This document shows positions 17,651-26,628 of a stretch of 64,000 bases of DNA, one piece after another. Source of the stretch: Kiritimatiellia bacterium (lineage in GTDB: Bacteria > Verrucomicrobiota > Kiritimatiellia > CAIQIC01 > Lenti-01); assembly GCA_028681135.1 (NCBI GenBank), contig JAQUJC010000002.1, positions 21,892-85,891 on the forward strand. The letters are read 5' to 3'. The notes beneath the pieces were generated by a model. It was not told the origin of the DNA and made no database searches. It worked only from the letters and a program-made list of their open reading frames with translations. Position 1 is the stretch's first letter. Each line of letters opens with the position of its first letter. A program made the position numbers and the translations under genes.

Positions 17651-19400
17651 CCAGGTAGTGGCGCATGGGTTCAAAGCCACGCTGGTGCAGATCGAGGAGT
17701 CCGTAGGGTTGGCTTTCGGCAAACCAAAGGGGGGCGGTCGCCTTTTCGAGTTCATCGAGGAGGGGGCGGGTGGCGGAGGCGGGGGCGCCGGAGGCGACGC
17801 GGGCACTGAAGTGCAGAAACCGACAGGCGAGGGCTAACTGGGCGTGGTCAGTTTCGTCGACCCATTCGCTGGGGGTGAGCTTGGAAAAGGCGTCGGCCCA
17901 GGTCGCGGCGTGCTCCGCTACCTCACTCGCGTGGACGGGATCGGCAGACGGAGGGATGTCCCGCAACGGCCAGAAGGGCCAGGCGGCCAAGACGTCGGCG
18001 ACGGAGCCGGCACGCGAAAACAAGTCAGCGGGATGCGCATCGGGCGCGTCGAAGAGCATCCGCGAGAAGGCACGATCGAAGGTGGGGCCGGCGTCGTTCA
18101 ACGGATTCCAGGCGAGTTGCGCGCCAAGCGCGAGACCATGGAGTGCGCAGGGGGGCATATTGAAGTGGCCGTAGTCGCCCCAGTCGGTGGTGAGCACCCC
18201 CTGTGCGCCGAGGGCGTGGCCGGTGCGGGCATAGGCCACCAGAACGGCGCGGGCCTCTTCCACCGCATTGAAAAGGCGTCCGAATCCGCGCACCGATGGG
18301 CAGACAACGGTGGGGAGGCCGCGAGAGATGAAGGCGTCGCATTTTTCAAAATGGTTGCCGGGAAAATAGGCCCAGTCGAGGATGGCGCAGTCATCGGGCA
18401 GCTCGGAGATCGCGGCGGGATGTTGCAGGAGCATATCGCCCCAGAGCATGAGCGATTTACCGTAGCCCGCGACTTCTTTGTGAAGAAAGCGGATATGGTC
18501 GAGGTACTGGCGGGCCAGGTCAGCGGGGGAGGCGTCGGGGGTCCGGCGACCCAGGTCATGGGTCTCGTCGCCGCAGAGATTAAAGCGCGAGGAGGAAAAA
18601 CAGGGTAGAAATTCGGCCAGGATACGCCGCAACAGGTTTTGGGCGTCGGGGTCGCGGGAGTACAGCGTGGCGCCGCGCAGGCGCTGGAGCCAGGTGGCCT
18701 CTTCCCACGAGGGCGCCGGGAATTCGGCCTCGGCGAGATCGCGATAGCGGGGCAGCGAGAGAAGGCGCCCCAGATGCCCAAAGCAGGTGAAGGAGGGCAC
18801 CAGTTCGATGAAGTGCTCGCGGCAAAAGGCGTCCAGCATGATCATGTCATCGGCGTCGACCGCGTCGCCGTCGCCGGCAATGTCGGGGTCGAATTGGAAT
18901 CGGAAGGGGTGCTCAAAATAGAGCTGGAGATGATTGATCTTGAGCGCGGCGAGGAGCTGAATGCGGCGCTTGAGCATGGCCAGGCGCGGCACTCGGCCGC
19001 GGCTGATGTCGAGATAGTATCCGCGCAGAGGCCACACGGGGGCATCGTCGATTTCAAGGCAGGGGAGGGCGACGCCGGACTGCCGGCGAATATGGCGCAG
19101 CGTTTGGAGGGCGTAGAAGTGCCCGGCGGCGTCGGAAGCGGCGATGTGGACGCCCTCAGGGGTGATACGGAGCCTATAGGATTCAGGCGTGCCCGGGACG
19201 TTGACCAGACGCAGGTCAGGATGGGGCGGATGGTGGGCGATGTGATGAAGACCGGGGAAAAGCGTGTGGAGCATCTTGCCAACGCGCGGGTCCAGGGAGG
19301 CGGGCGTGCCGATGGTAGGCAAATCGGGCAGCGTGAAGGTTCCGGGATGGACCTGGAGGTGGGTGGGGGTGGGCAGAAACTGAATCATGGGCGTAGGCAT
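17634..19400 (-). CDS. glycoside hydrolase family 20-like (beta-N-acetylhexosaminidase-like)
   Basis: IDDAPVWPLRGYYLDISRGRVP...LKINHLQLYFEHPF is GH20 catalytic-domain-like. An N-terminal GH20b-like domain is present. Confidence 0.7.
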   Translation of the reverse strand: MPTPMIQFLPTPTHLQVHPGTFTLPDLPTIGTPASLDPRVGKMLHTLFPGLHHIAHHPPHPDLRLVNVPGTPESYRLRITPEGVHIAASDAAGHFYALQTLRHIRRQSGVALPCLEIDDAPVWPLRGYYLDISRGRVPRLAMLKRRIQLLAALKINHLQLYFEHPFRFQFDPDIAGDGDAVDADDMIMLDAFCREHFIELVPSFTCFGHLGRLLSLPRYRDLAEAEFPAPSWEEATWLQRLRGATLYSRDPDAQNLLRRILAEFLPCFSSSRFNLCGDETHDLGRRTPDASPADLARQYLDHIRFLHKEVAGYGKSLMLWGDMLLQHPAAISELPDDCAILDWAYFPGNHFEKCDAFISRGLPTVVCPSVRGFGRLFNAVEEARAVLVAYARTGHALGAQGVLTTDWGDYGHFNMPPCALHGLALGAQLAWNPLNDAGPTFDRAFSRMLFDAPDAHPADLFSRAGSVADVLAAWPFWPLRDIPPSADPVHASEVAEHAATWADAFSKLTPSEWVDETDHAQLALACRFLHFSARVASGAPASATRPLLDELEKATAPLWFAESQPYGLLDLHQRGFEPMRHYLGAMEK

Positions 19401-19528
19401 GACATGATGGTTAATGAACGATCATGTGGCTGTACAGAGTATCCGTTGCTCGCGTGGGAGAGCATGCTGATTATGACCATAGGCGGACGTCCGCTCATGC
19501 GAAATCCAGGTGTCGATAATCGGAGGGA

Positions 19529-19897
19529 TCAAGTTTTCGACTGGGTGGCCTTGGCGAGTAGGCTTTTGATGAAGGCCAGTTCAAAGGGCTTGGTCAGAAA
19601 AGCGGTGATTTCACCGCCCCGGGCTTTGGCCGCCAGCTCTTCGGAGGGCTCGCCGGTGATCAGGATAAGGGGGCGTCCGGCGGCATTTGTTTTGAGTTGA
19701 TGGACCCATTCGCCAAGATCGGGGCCGTCTGGCAAATAGATGTCGGCGATGATGACCTCAATGCTGGGGTCGGCCATTCCAGCACGACCTTCGGCGCAGG
19801 TGGCGGCCTGGACGGCCTCATGCCCCAGACGGGTGACTAGAGTTGCAAGATAGCCGCAAACAGCATCATCATCATCAATAATCAAAATACGAGCCAT
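19529..19897 (-). CDS. stand-alone response regulator receiver domain
   Basis: MARILIIDDDD, IIADIYLPDG (phospho-Asp), ILITG, FLTKPF. No output domain. Confidence 0.8.
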   Translation of the reverse strand: MARILIIDDDDAVCGYLATLVTRLGHEAVQAATCAEGRAGMADPSIEVIIADIYLPDGPDLGEWVHQLKTNAAGRPLILITGEPSEELAAKARGGEITAFLTKPFELAFIKSLLAKATQSKT

Positions 19898-20028
19898 AAC
19901 GCCCTTCCCCAGCACTTATCCAGTAACAACATAGGGTCAGTGTAAGCGCGATGCCGTCCGTTGTCAATGGGCGCAGACACTGCTAACACAAACAAAACAG
20001 TGTTCAGCGCTTGGCCGCGTGGGCGTTG

Positions 20029-21063
20029 TCAGGCGCCGGAGGCCTTCATTTCATTCCATTCGTCGTCCACGCCGTCCCCTTTGACCACGGCGACATTTTG
20101 CCCGCGGGTCAGGACCCAGCGAATGGCGGCAAAGAGCAGGCCAGGGGCAATCAGGCCGACCCACATCAAGTGCATAAAACCAAAATGGAAGGTCATATCG
20201 GGTTGATAGCGATAGAGATTCCAGAAGATCAGCAGGCACCCGATCCAGATGGTAAGGAAGTTGGGCAGGCCGTCGCCAGAGTGCATCCATTGCAGTCCGG
20301 GGGTGCGCAGCTTCGTGAGCGGATAGAAAATGTTGGAGCCCATATGGCCCAATTGGTCTTCGACGACATGCACGCCATAGCAGGCGGCAATGGTGACAAA
20401 ACACTGCCAGGCCATGGTCCAGCCGGAGGCGAGCCAGGCGACTGCGCCCACCAAAACGCCCAGAATGGCGCCAATGGTCAGCGAGTGGGACCACTCGCGG
20501 TGCCAGGGTAAAAATTCGAGATCCAGATCGCCATTGTCCAGTGGCTTGAGGCCAATGCTGGGGCCATCAAAGATATCGACTTTCAAGCGGGCGTCATACG
20601 TCTGGATGACCTTGGTTTTGAGAGGTGCCCGCCCAATGGCCGGGTACCGGTTTTCGGTGCCCTCGACAGGGACTTGCCCGGTGTTGACCACGGGGCCGAA
20701 CTTGACGAGCACTTCACCCTTCTCGTTATCCAACTTGACGGAGTACTGCTGCCAGAAGTCGGCCCCCAGTCGGATGGAGACCAGCTTGACATCGACGTAG
20801 CGTTTTTCATCGACGGCTATCGCTACCGCACGGGCGATTTCATCGGCCACAAATTGCGGGTCGGGGTTGATCGGGTCGGGCGTGACATAGACATCGTGGT
20901 GATAGAAAAAGCGATAGAACTTGAAATCGATGGTGTCGGGCAAAATGCCGCAGGCACCGCCGAGGACAAAGAACAGGGGGTTGCCTTGCATGGCCGCTTC
21001 AATGGCCCAGGGGCCAAACGAAGCGACGGCCACGCCGGACATAAAATGTGTGAAGCCTTTCAT
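20029..21063 (-). CDS. membrane-bound metal-dependent hydrolase (YdjM/DUF457-like) with large insert
   Basis: MKGFTHFMSGVAVA start and HVVEDQLGHMGSNIFYPL motif. A soluble insert of about 150 aa is present. Confidence 0.5.
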   Translation of the reverse strand: MKGFTHFMSGVAVASFGPWAIEAAMQGNPLFFVLGGACGILPDTIDFKFYRFFYHHDVYVTPDPINPDPQFVADEIARAVAIAVDEKRYVDVKLVSIRLGADFWQQYSVKLDNEKGEVLVKFGPVVNTGQVPVEGTENRYPAIGRAPLKTKVIQTYDARLKVDIFDGPSIGLKPLDNGDLDLEFLPWHREWSHSLTIGAILGVLVGAVAWLASGWTMAWQCFVTIAACYGVHVVEDQLGHMGSNIFYPLTKLRTPGLQWMHSGDGLPNFLTIWIGCLLIFWNLYRYQPDMTFHFGFMHLMWVGLIAPGLLFAAIRWVLTRGQNVAVVKGDGVDDEWNEMKASGA

Positions 21064-21079
21064 GATCGTTCTCCTTTGC

Positions 21080-22414
21080 TCAGGTTAATCCGAGCCAACC
21101 TGTGATCGTTTCGCCGAAACCAGACATATTGCAGGCGATGGGCAACAGCAAGATACCCAGACAATTCAGGCGGCGGGAGCCAAACAATACGGGCAGCAGC
21201 CCAATGCCGGTGGCGACGGTGGCGATGAACATGCCGACCCAGCCGGTGACGCCTAGAACCATCAGAAGGATGATGGCGAGTGCGACACTCGAGACGTGGC
21301 GGTAATTGAAGCGGTTGATGAACTTGAGGGTCACTTTGGCCAGGGGCTCCATCATCAGGTAGGAAATTGCGGCTGCAATGGCGATGCAACCGATGACGAG
21401 GTAATAGTCGGCCCAGCCCAGGGGAGTAAAGAGGGTCTTGGTCATCCAGGCCCCCCCGCCGCGGGTCAGGTGCAAGCCCGGGACGAACATCAGCATGAAC
21501 GCCCCGACATAATAGATGAATTTTGAGACGCCTTGGCCCATGATGAAGATGCGTTCATCGCGCTGGGCGGTGGCGTGGCCAGCCAACATGCCGCCCACAC
21601 CGCCGGTCACGATCGGAAAATAGGCGGCAATGCCTCCGCCAAGGGCGCCGGACCAGACCGAGCGCAGGACCACATCGCCGTTGATTCCTAGGCTGGTGGT
21701 CGTGTGCTGGGGGGGGACGCTGGCCGCTGAAATGATGTTCAGCAGGCACCAGGGGATGGCGAACAACCCCACAAAGGCGGGCATGATATTTTGAAAGGCA
21801 ACGACATGGCTGACCGGCGAACGGGTCAGGATGATGAATCCCAGTAGACCGGCGAGCAGGAAGGTGATCACCCCGGCAATCAAGGTCTTCCAGGCGTCGA
21901 AGAATTTGGCCCACCCGGCGGGGCCGCGGTTGCCGCCCTTGGGCCATTCGGACATGAGCATGAAGGTGATGATAATCCACAGCACCCAGTGCATGTGGCC
22001 CTTGAGCACCTGCTGGGCAACGGGCAGATAGCGCGGGGCCAGCGGGGCCATGACGCAGACGATGAAGAACGCGCCGGCCAGGCCGCCGACAGCGGTGATC
22101 ATGGTGCCTTCGAAGCCGCGGCCCGCCATCAGGTATTTTTGGCCGGGCATCACGGTAAATAAGGCCGATTCGTCGGGGGTGCCCAGCAGGACAGCGGGGA
22201 TTGTATTGAGGATGGCCCAACTGACGATCATGCCGGTGAAGGCCGGCAGATAGACCATTGCGGGGATGGCAAAGCTGGTGCCGTCCAGCGCGAGGATGCC
22301 CAGGACGAGGGCACCCATCAGATTGTAAACATGCAATCCCGGCAGGCAGGAGAGCACACTCATCAGCACGGTTCCGGCACTGACGGATAGCAGAACGATC
22401 CAAAATTCAGACAT
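21080..22414 (-). CDS. TctA/DUF112-family transporter permease
   Basis: About 12 TM segments with a Gly-rich LPG/GG motif pattern. Recognition is moderate only. Confidence 0.5.
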   Translation of the reverse strand: MSEFWIVLLSVSAGTVLMSVLSCLPGLHVYNLMGALVLGILALDGTSFAIPAMVYLPAFTGMIVSWAILNTIPAVLLGTPDESALFTVMPGQKYLMAGRGFEGTMITAVGGLAGAFFIVCVMAPLAPRYLPVAQQVLKGHMHWVLWIIITFMLMSEWPKGGNRGPAGWAKFFDAWKTLIAGVITFLLAGLLGFIILTRSPVSHVVAFQNIMPAFVGLFAIPWCLLNIISAASVPPQHTTTSLGINGDVVLRSVWSGALGGGIAAYFPIVTGGVGGMLAGHATAQRDERIFIMGQGVSKFIYYVGAFMLMFVPGLHLTRGGGAWMTKTLFTPLGWADYYLVIGCIAIAAAISYLMMEPLAKVTLKFINRFNYRHVSSVALAIILLMVLGVTGWVGMFIATVATGIGLLPVLFGSRRLNCLGILLLPIACNMSGFGETITGWLGLT

Positions 22415-22432
22415 AGCGTGATTCCCTTCCGG

Positions 22433-23953
22433 TCAGCGGAGAATGTAAACCGACGGGCCGGCGTTGGCCTTAAGTTGTAACTGTCCATCGTATTCGCCGA
22501 TGGTGCCGGTGGCCGCGACGGTCTGGCCTTCCGCCAAGGGGGTGCGGACGTCCGCCGGCACGGTGGAGTGCCACAGGATCAGGTCGATGGCGCCACTGTC
22601 GTCGGTCAGCGTGTAGGCGGTGCCCTTGCCGAGGTCGCGTGCGGCACCCAACGTGCCTTCGATGGTGCGGATTTGCCCCTTGTCTGCGGCAGAGATGGAC
22701 GCGATGGCGACCGGTTCGGGAGCGGCGGGAGCCGCTTCCACCTGCCGGACCTTGTAACCGCTTTCGACCGTCAGTTGCGGGCGGTCGCGAAAGACATCGA
22801 CAACGCCTTCCATTTCAAAGAGGGCGCCTGGCACCGGCTTGTCGGCGATCCGTTCATCCACATTAGACCAGTAGGTCACGCGCAGAGATGTGTCGCCGTC
22901 GCGCAATAGTACCGCAAAAGGTTGCTTGCTGTCCGGCTGGGGCGGGGTAACGGAGGCCACCCGGGCCTGCACCCGGACGGTATGGCCTTTTTTATCGGCG
23001 GTGATGTCGCTCAAGGGGATGGCCTCGGCGGTGGCGGCCCGGCCGCGCGAAAAATCGCGGGGCGGGGCTTTTTTGCGATAGGTTTCGGCCGCCTGTTGAG
23101 CGGGGGTGCGGGAGTCGTCGGTGGCAGGCGGGCCATCGAGGATTTCCAGGTCCAGTCCAGAGCCCAGGGTGAGTTGCACCTTATCCCGATAGGTACCCAC
23201 GTTGACGCGCAAGCGCACATTGGCACCGGGCAGCGCGTCGGGGTTTTCGATCTGCTCATATTCCGCCTGCCAGAAGTTGACCACCTGCTCGCCGGAGGCA
23301 TCCTTGAGCTGCAAGGCATAGGGCCGTTTGGACTCCTCCGGCGGCACCTCCAATTTGGTGACGGTGCCGGCGATGGTGATCGCAGAGCCCTTAAGCTTTT
23401 TGGTGATGTCGGCCAGTTGTACTGATTCCGCCACCGCGCGCGTCAGGTGGAATTCCTTTACGCTCAGCAGGCGCATGGACATCTGGTCATCGGAGACATT
23501 CAGCGAGCCAATGAAGCTGACCTGATCGCCAGCCTTGGGCGTGAGATTATTCTCGATCATCTCGTCCATCTGCTTCTTGGTGATGAACACAATGACCGCC
23601 CCGGTGCCGTCGGTGAAGTGAAAACTCATGCCCATGCCGGTTCGGAAGGGACGCGCATCCGTTTTAACCTCGCCCTCCAGCCGAATCTGAGCGAAATTCA
23701 TGGTGGGTTGGATATCGCCCAATTTAACGACGGGGACATCGCGTTTGACGGCCATCAGCCACAGCAGAAATAGGCCGATGGTGGCCAAAAGAACGGCCGC
23801 CCAGCGGGTCGCGGTCAGGCTCATGCGTTTTTCCACCTTGGCGCCGCAATAGGGGCATTTGGTAACCGCGCCGACGAAGCGCCCGCAACTGGGGCAGTTC
23901 ATTTCGCTGGATTGAGTCTCGTGTCCAGGCAAGGCCTGCTTGTTCTCCGTCAT
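22433..23953 (-). CDS. zinc-ribbon, single-TM protein with four tandem OB-fold-like repeats
   Basis: ATG at 23953. CPSCGRFVGAVTKCPYCGAKV, then TM segment WAAVLLATIGLFLLWLMAV. Four ~90-110 aa repeats follow, each starting [IV]R/T..G.V and ending Q[LM].L. Confidence 0.6.
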   Translation of the reverse strand: MTENKQALPGHETQSSEMNCPSCGRFVGAVTKCPYCGAKVEKRMSLTATRWAAVLLATIGLFLLWLMAVKRDVPVVKLGDIQPTMNFAQIRLEGEVKTDARPFRTGMGMSFHFTDGTGAVIVFITKKQMDEMIENNLTPKAGDQVSFIGSLNVSDDQMSMRLLSVKEFHLTRAVAESVQLADITKKLKGSAITIAGTVTKLEVPPEESKRPYALQLKDASGEQVVNFWQAEYEQIENPDALPGANVRLRVNVGTYRDKVQLTLGSGLDLEILDGPPATDDSRTPAQQAAETYRKKAPPRDFSRGRAATAEAIPLSDITADKKGHTVRVQARVASVTPPQPDSKQPFAVLLRDGDTSLRVTYWSNVDERIADKPVPGALFEMEGVVDVFRDRPQLTVESGYKVRQVEAAPAAPEPVAIASISAADKGQIRTIEGTLGAARDLGKGTAYTLTDDSGAIDLILWHSTVPADVRTPLAEGQTVAATGTIGEYDGQLQLKANAGPSVYILR

Positions 23954-24112
23954 ACGGCGTACTCCTTGATTCCTGCCAAGCGGCAGCGGGTTGAACTTAC
24001 ACTGTCCGATGACTCTAGCCCAATAGACCTCGAGACTCAACCACCAAAATCACCCCCCACCACCACCCAAATCCGTAGGGCGTCGGCCAGTCTGATTCAA
24101 GAAGGAGCCCCC

Positions 24113-24475
24113 ATGGACACACCGGACCAGAAGAAGCAGGCAGCATTGAACCAACTGATGGCGATTGGAACGGCGCGCCGGGGACAGCTCAGCGAGCAGT
24201 ACTACGAGCGCAAGGCGGCGGACGGAACCGTGCGCCGGACCGGCCCGTATTACGTGTGGCAGCGTTGGATCGATGGCCGCAAGCATTCCGTCCGGATTCC
24301 CGCCGGAGCCATCGCGCAAGTAAAGGCCGATCTGGCCAGAGGGCGCCAGGTGCAGAAGCTTTTCAACGAGTTGTTCGCCGGGTTGGAACAGGCGGCGATT
24401 CGAGGAGACGCCGAGAGTAAAAAAATACACGGACGGTCCAGACGGCTCAAGGCCGGGAAGTCGCGCACTTCCTGA
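24113..24475 (+). CDS. small basic protein, DUF6788-like (often transposon-associated)
   Basis: GAAGGAG RBS. RRGQLSEQYY...GPYYVWQRWIDGRKHSVRIP resembles DUF6788 architecture. This is recalled from memory, not aligned. Confidence 0.4.
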   Translation: MDTPDQKKQAALNQLMAIGTARRGQLSEQYYERKAADGTVRRTGPYYVWQRWIDGRKHSVRIPAGAIAQVKADLARGRQVQKLFNELFAGLEQAAIRGDAESKKIHGRSRRLKAGKSRTS

Positions 24476-24481
24476 ACAAAT

Positions 24482-24997
24482 AGGGGTCAGTCCTATGAAA
24501 TGATGTATTGGGAATAATAAGAAGGGAGACGATGTGGGGGAATGGGGACATGCCAAGGAAACCAAGAGTCGAATATGCAGGGGCCGTTTATCATGTAATG
24601 AGCCGCGGGAACCGCCAACAAGCGATTTTCCGAACAGATCGAGACCGAGAGACATTTCTAGATACCTTAGAGGAGGCGTGCGGGCGTACCGGCTGGAAGG
24701 TTCATGCATTTGTATTAATGGGGAATCATTACCATCTGCTTCTGGAAACACCGGAGGCCAATCTTGTGGTGGGTATGCAATGGCTGCAAAGCACATATAC
24801 CAAGCGATTCAATGCTCATCATCGCGAGTGGGGTTATGCGCGTTTCCCAAAGTCAAATACATTAAAACATAGGACTGACCCCTCCTGTTTGCAATGGCTG
24901 CAAAGCACATATACCAAGCGATTCAATGCTCGTCATCGCGAGTGGGGTTATGCGCGTTTCCCAAAGTCATATACATTAAAACATAGGACTGACCCCT
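24482..24997 (+). mobile_element. decayed RAYT/IS200-like unit bracketed by inverted AGGGGTCAGTCCTATG repeats
   Basis: Left copy at 24482-24497. Inverted copies CATAGGACTGACCCCT at 24868-24883 and 24982-24997. The adjoining ATGTATT is also inverted. Confidence 0.65.
24550..24834 (+). pseudogene. N-terminal 95-aa fragment of a Y1/HUH (IS200-like, RAYT-type) transposase
   Basis: MPRKPRVEYAGAVYHVMSRGN...NHYHLLLETP aligns by eye with aa 1-95 of the intact copy at 57769. Similarity stops after RFNAHHREWG, before the catalytic Tyr region. Confidence 0.75.
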
Positions 24998-25004
24998 CCT
25001 GTTC
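24777..25004 (+). repeat. 2 x 114-bp tandem duplication (3 mismatches)
   Basis: GCAATGGCTGCAAAGCACATATACC... starts at 24777 and again at 24891. Each copy ends with the inverted repeat CATAGGACTGACCCCT. Confidence 0.95.
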
Positions 25005-25035
25005 AACCGTGGAACAAGATGGGCGTAACCGGTGG

Positions 25036-25602
25036 CTACTCGAAAAAGCTTTCTTCGCTGGGGGGGCGTTCGTTTTCGAAGATGCAGATGTTCTGGCGCA
25101 TTGTGTTGCACGTTTTTTTGAAATGCTCGCAGGCGTCCAGGAAATCCGCGCCCTGTTTGTCGGGTGGGGTCTCATGGACGGAGCGGGTGGTCTTGAGAAA
25201 CTCATCGCATTCCCCGGCAAAGTCTAGCAATTGGCGGTAGAGGCCCTGGGGCAGGCCCCGCGCGCCCTCCTTGGACATAATTTTGTCCTGCAATTCTGGG
25301 ATGATGTCGATGAGATCGGCGTTGTAGTGGGAGAAGATATGCCGCGCCAGACCCAGCCATTCGATACCGAAACGGTCCTGGTGTCCCGACAGGTCCAGCG
25401 TCAGTCGCTCGCTAATATTTAGCAGCGCCAGAAGGTCGCGATAGATGTGAACGCGGATTTTGGCTTCTGACTTCCGGGCATGTTGCGCCTGGGCTTTTTT
25501 CTGGCGCTGGGCGTCTGCACTGCCGCCCAGCCGGAGTTGGGGGGGGGTCTTCTTCGGCTTGGGTTTTATGATGACAGTAGAGTTGGGCGGCCGCGGCTTC
25601 AT
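25036..25602 (-). CDS. hypothetical protein (basic N-terminus)
   Basis: ORF with an ATG start. No motif recognised. Its 3' end overlaps the meaningless extension of the transposase-fragment ORF. Confidence 0.45.
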   Translation of the reverse strand: MKPRPPNSTVIIKPKPKKTPPQLRLGGSADAQRQKKAQAQHARKSEAKIRVHIYRDLLALLNISERLTLDLSGHQDRFGIEWLGLARHIFSHYNADLIDIIPELQDKIMSKEGARGLPQGLYRQLLDFAGECDEFLKTTRSVHETPPDKQGADFLDACEHFKKTCNTMRQNICIFENERPPSEESFFE

Positions 25603-25698
25603 GCTGGTACCCGTAGCATGTTCGCTTCAAACATACCAGCAAGAATAGCCGCACCCGCCGACTAACACGCAAGGGGAGGGTGCGCCCCCCCCCCCTCG

Positions 25699-26496
25699 TT
25701 ATCGGCGGGGTTGGGCGTCGAGAATTCTGATGGCTTCGATGGCGGTGTGGATGGCCTCTTCCACGCCGACCTTGGCGATGATGGGTGCGTCGTCGTAGGT
25801 CAGGCCAATGGTGGCCAGGATTTCGCCGGCGCGGACGCGGCGAATACTGGCGACAACAAAGAGCGCGCCGGATTCCATCGATGTCGAGATGACGTTCGAG
25901 CGGTACCAGGCATTCCATTTGGCGTCGATGTCCTCACGGATGGGGATGTCCTTGTCCTCGATGAAGAAGGCATCCTTGCAGTGGCCAATGCCGGTATGGG
26001 CGGGGAATTTCAGTTTAGCGGCGGCTTGGCGCAGGGCCAGCGACACGTCGAGGTCGGCCACGGCGGGATAGGATAGCGGTACGTACTGGCGGGAGGTGCC
26101 TTCCTCGCGCACGGCACCGGTGGTGATGCACAGATCGCCGAGTTTGACCTCGCGCTGAAGAGCGCCACAGGTGCCGATGCGAATGAAGGTATCGGCACCG
26201 CACTTGATCAGCTCTTCGACCGCGATGGCTGTGGAGGGGCAGCCGATGCCGGTGGAGCAGCAGGAGACCTTGATGCCATCGACGGTGCCGGTGAATGTGC
26301 GGTACTCGCGGTTATAGGCGACTTCCTTGGCATTATCAAAGAAAGACGCAATCAGCGGCACGCGGCCGGGGTCGCCCGGTAGCAATACATAGCGGCCCAC
26401 ATCGCCGGGCTTTAGGTGCACGTGATACTGCATTTCAACAGTGGCCTTCTTCGGTGCCTTCTTGCTGGTCGTTTTCTTGGATACCTTTTTTGCCAT
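25699..26496 (-). CDS. uridine/nucleoside phosphorylase (PNP_UDP_1 family) with Lys-rich N-terminal tail
   Basis: VLLPGDPGRV, YRTFTG..DGIKVSCCSTGIGCPSTAIAVEEL, IRIGTCGAL. The 21-aa tail MAKKVSKKTTSKKAPKKATVE precedes an alternative start at 26433. Confidence 0.8.
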   Translation of the reverse strand: MAKKVSKKTTSKKAPKKATVEMQYHVHLKPGDVGRYVLLPGDPGRVPLIASFFDNAKEVAYNREYRTFTGTVDGIKVSCCSTGIGCPSTAIAVEELIKCGADTFIRIGTCGALQREVKLGDLCITTGAVREEGTSRQYVPLSYPAVADLDVSLALRQAAAKLKFPAHTGIGHCKDAFFIEDKDIPIREDIDAKWNAWYRSNVISTSMESGALFVVASIRRVRAGEILATIGLTYDDAPIIAKVGVEEAIHTAIEAIRILDAQPRR

Positions 26497-26628
26497 GGTG
26501 GATTCCTTATGGTGAGGATTGGATCTTCTTATTGCAAATTATGTTCTCACGCAAAGACGCGAAGACGCCAAGATAATCAAGTGACTGAATTGTGGTGTCT
26601 TTGCGGCTTGGCGTGAGACTCCTTCTGA

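Noticed and set aside
24508-25227. 239-aa ORF that looks like a complete transposase gene.
   Set aside because: Only the first ~95 aa after Met-15 resemble a Y1 transposase. The rest is the duplicated junk segment plus antisense of the neighbouring gene, and the catalytic Tyr region is missing.
26497-26628. Inverted segments TCTCACGCAAAGAC / GTCTTTGCG...GCGTGAGA between punA and udp as a riboswitch-like element.
   Set aside because: It forms only a long-loop imperfect hairpin, and I recognise no conserved riboswitch core. It is noted but not supported.
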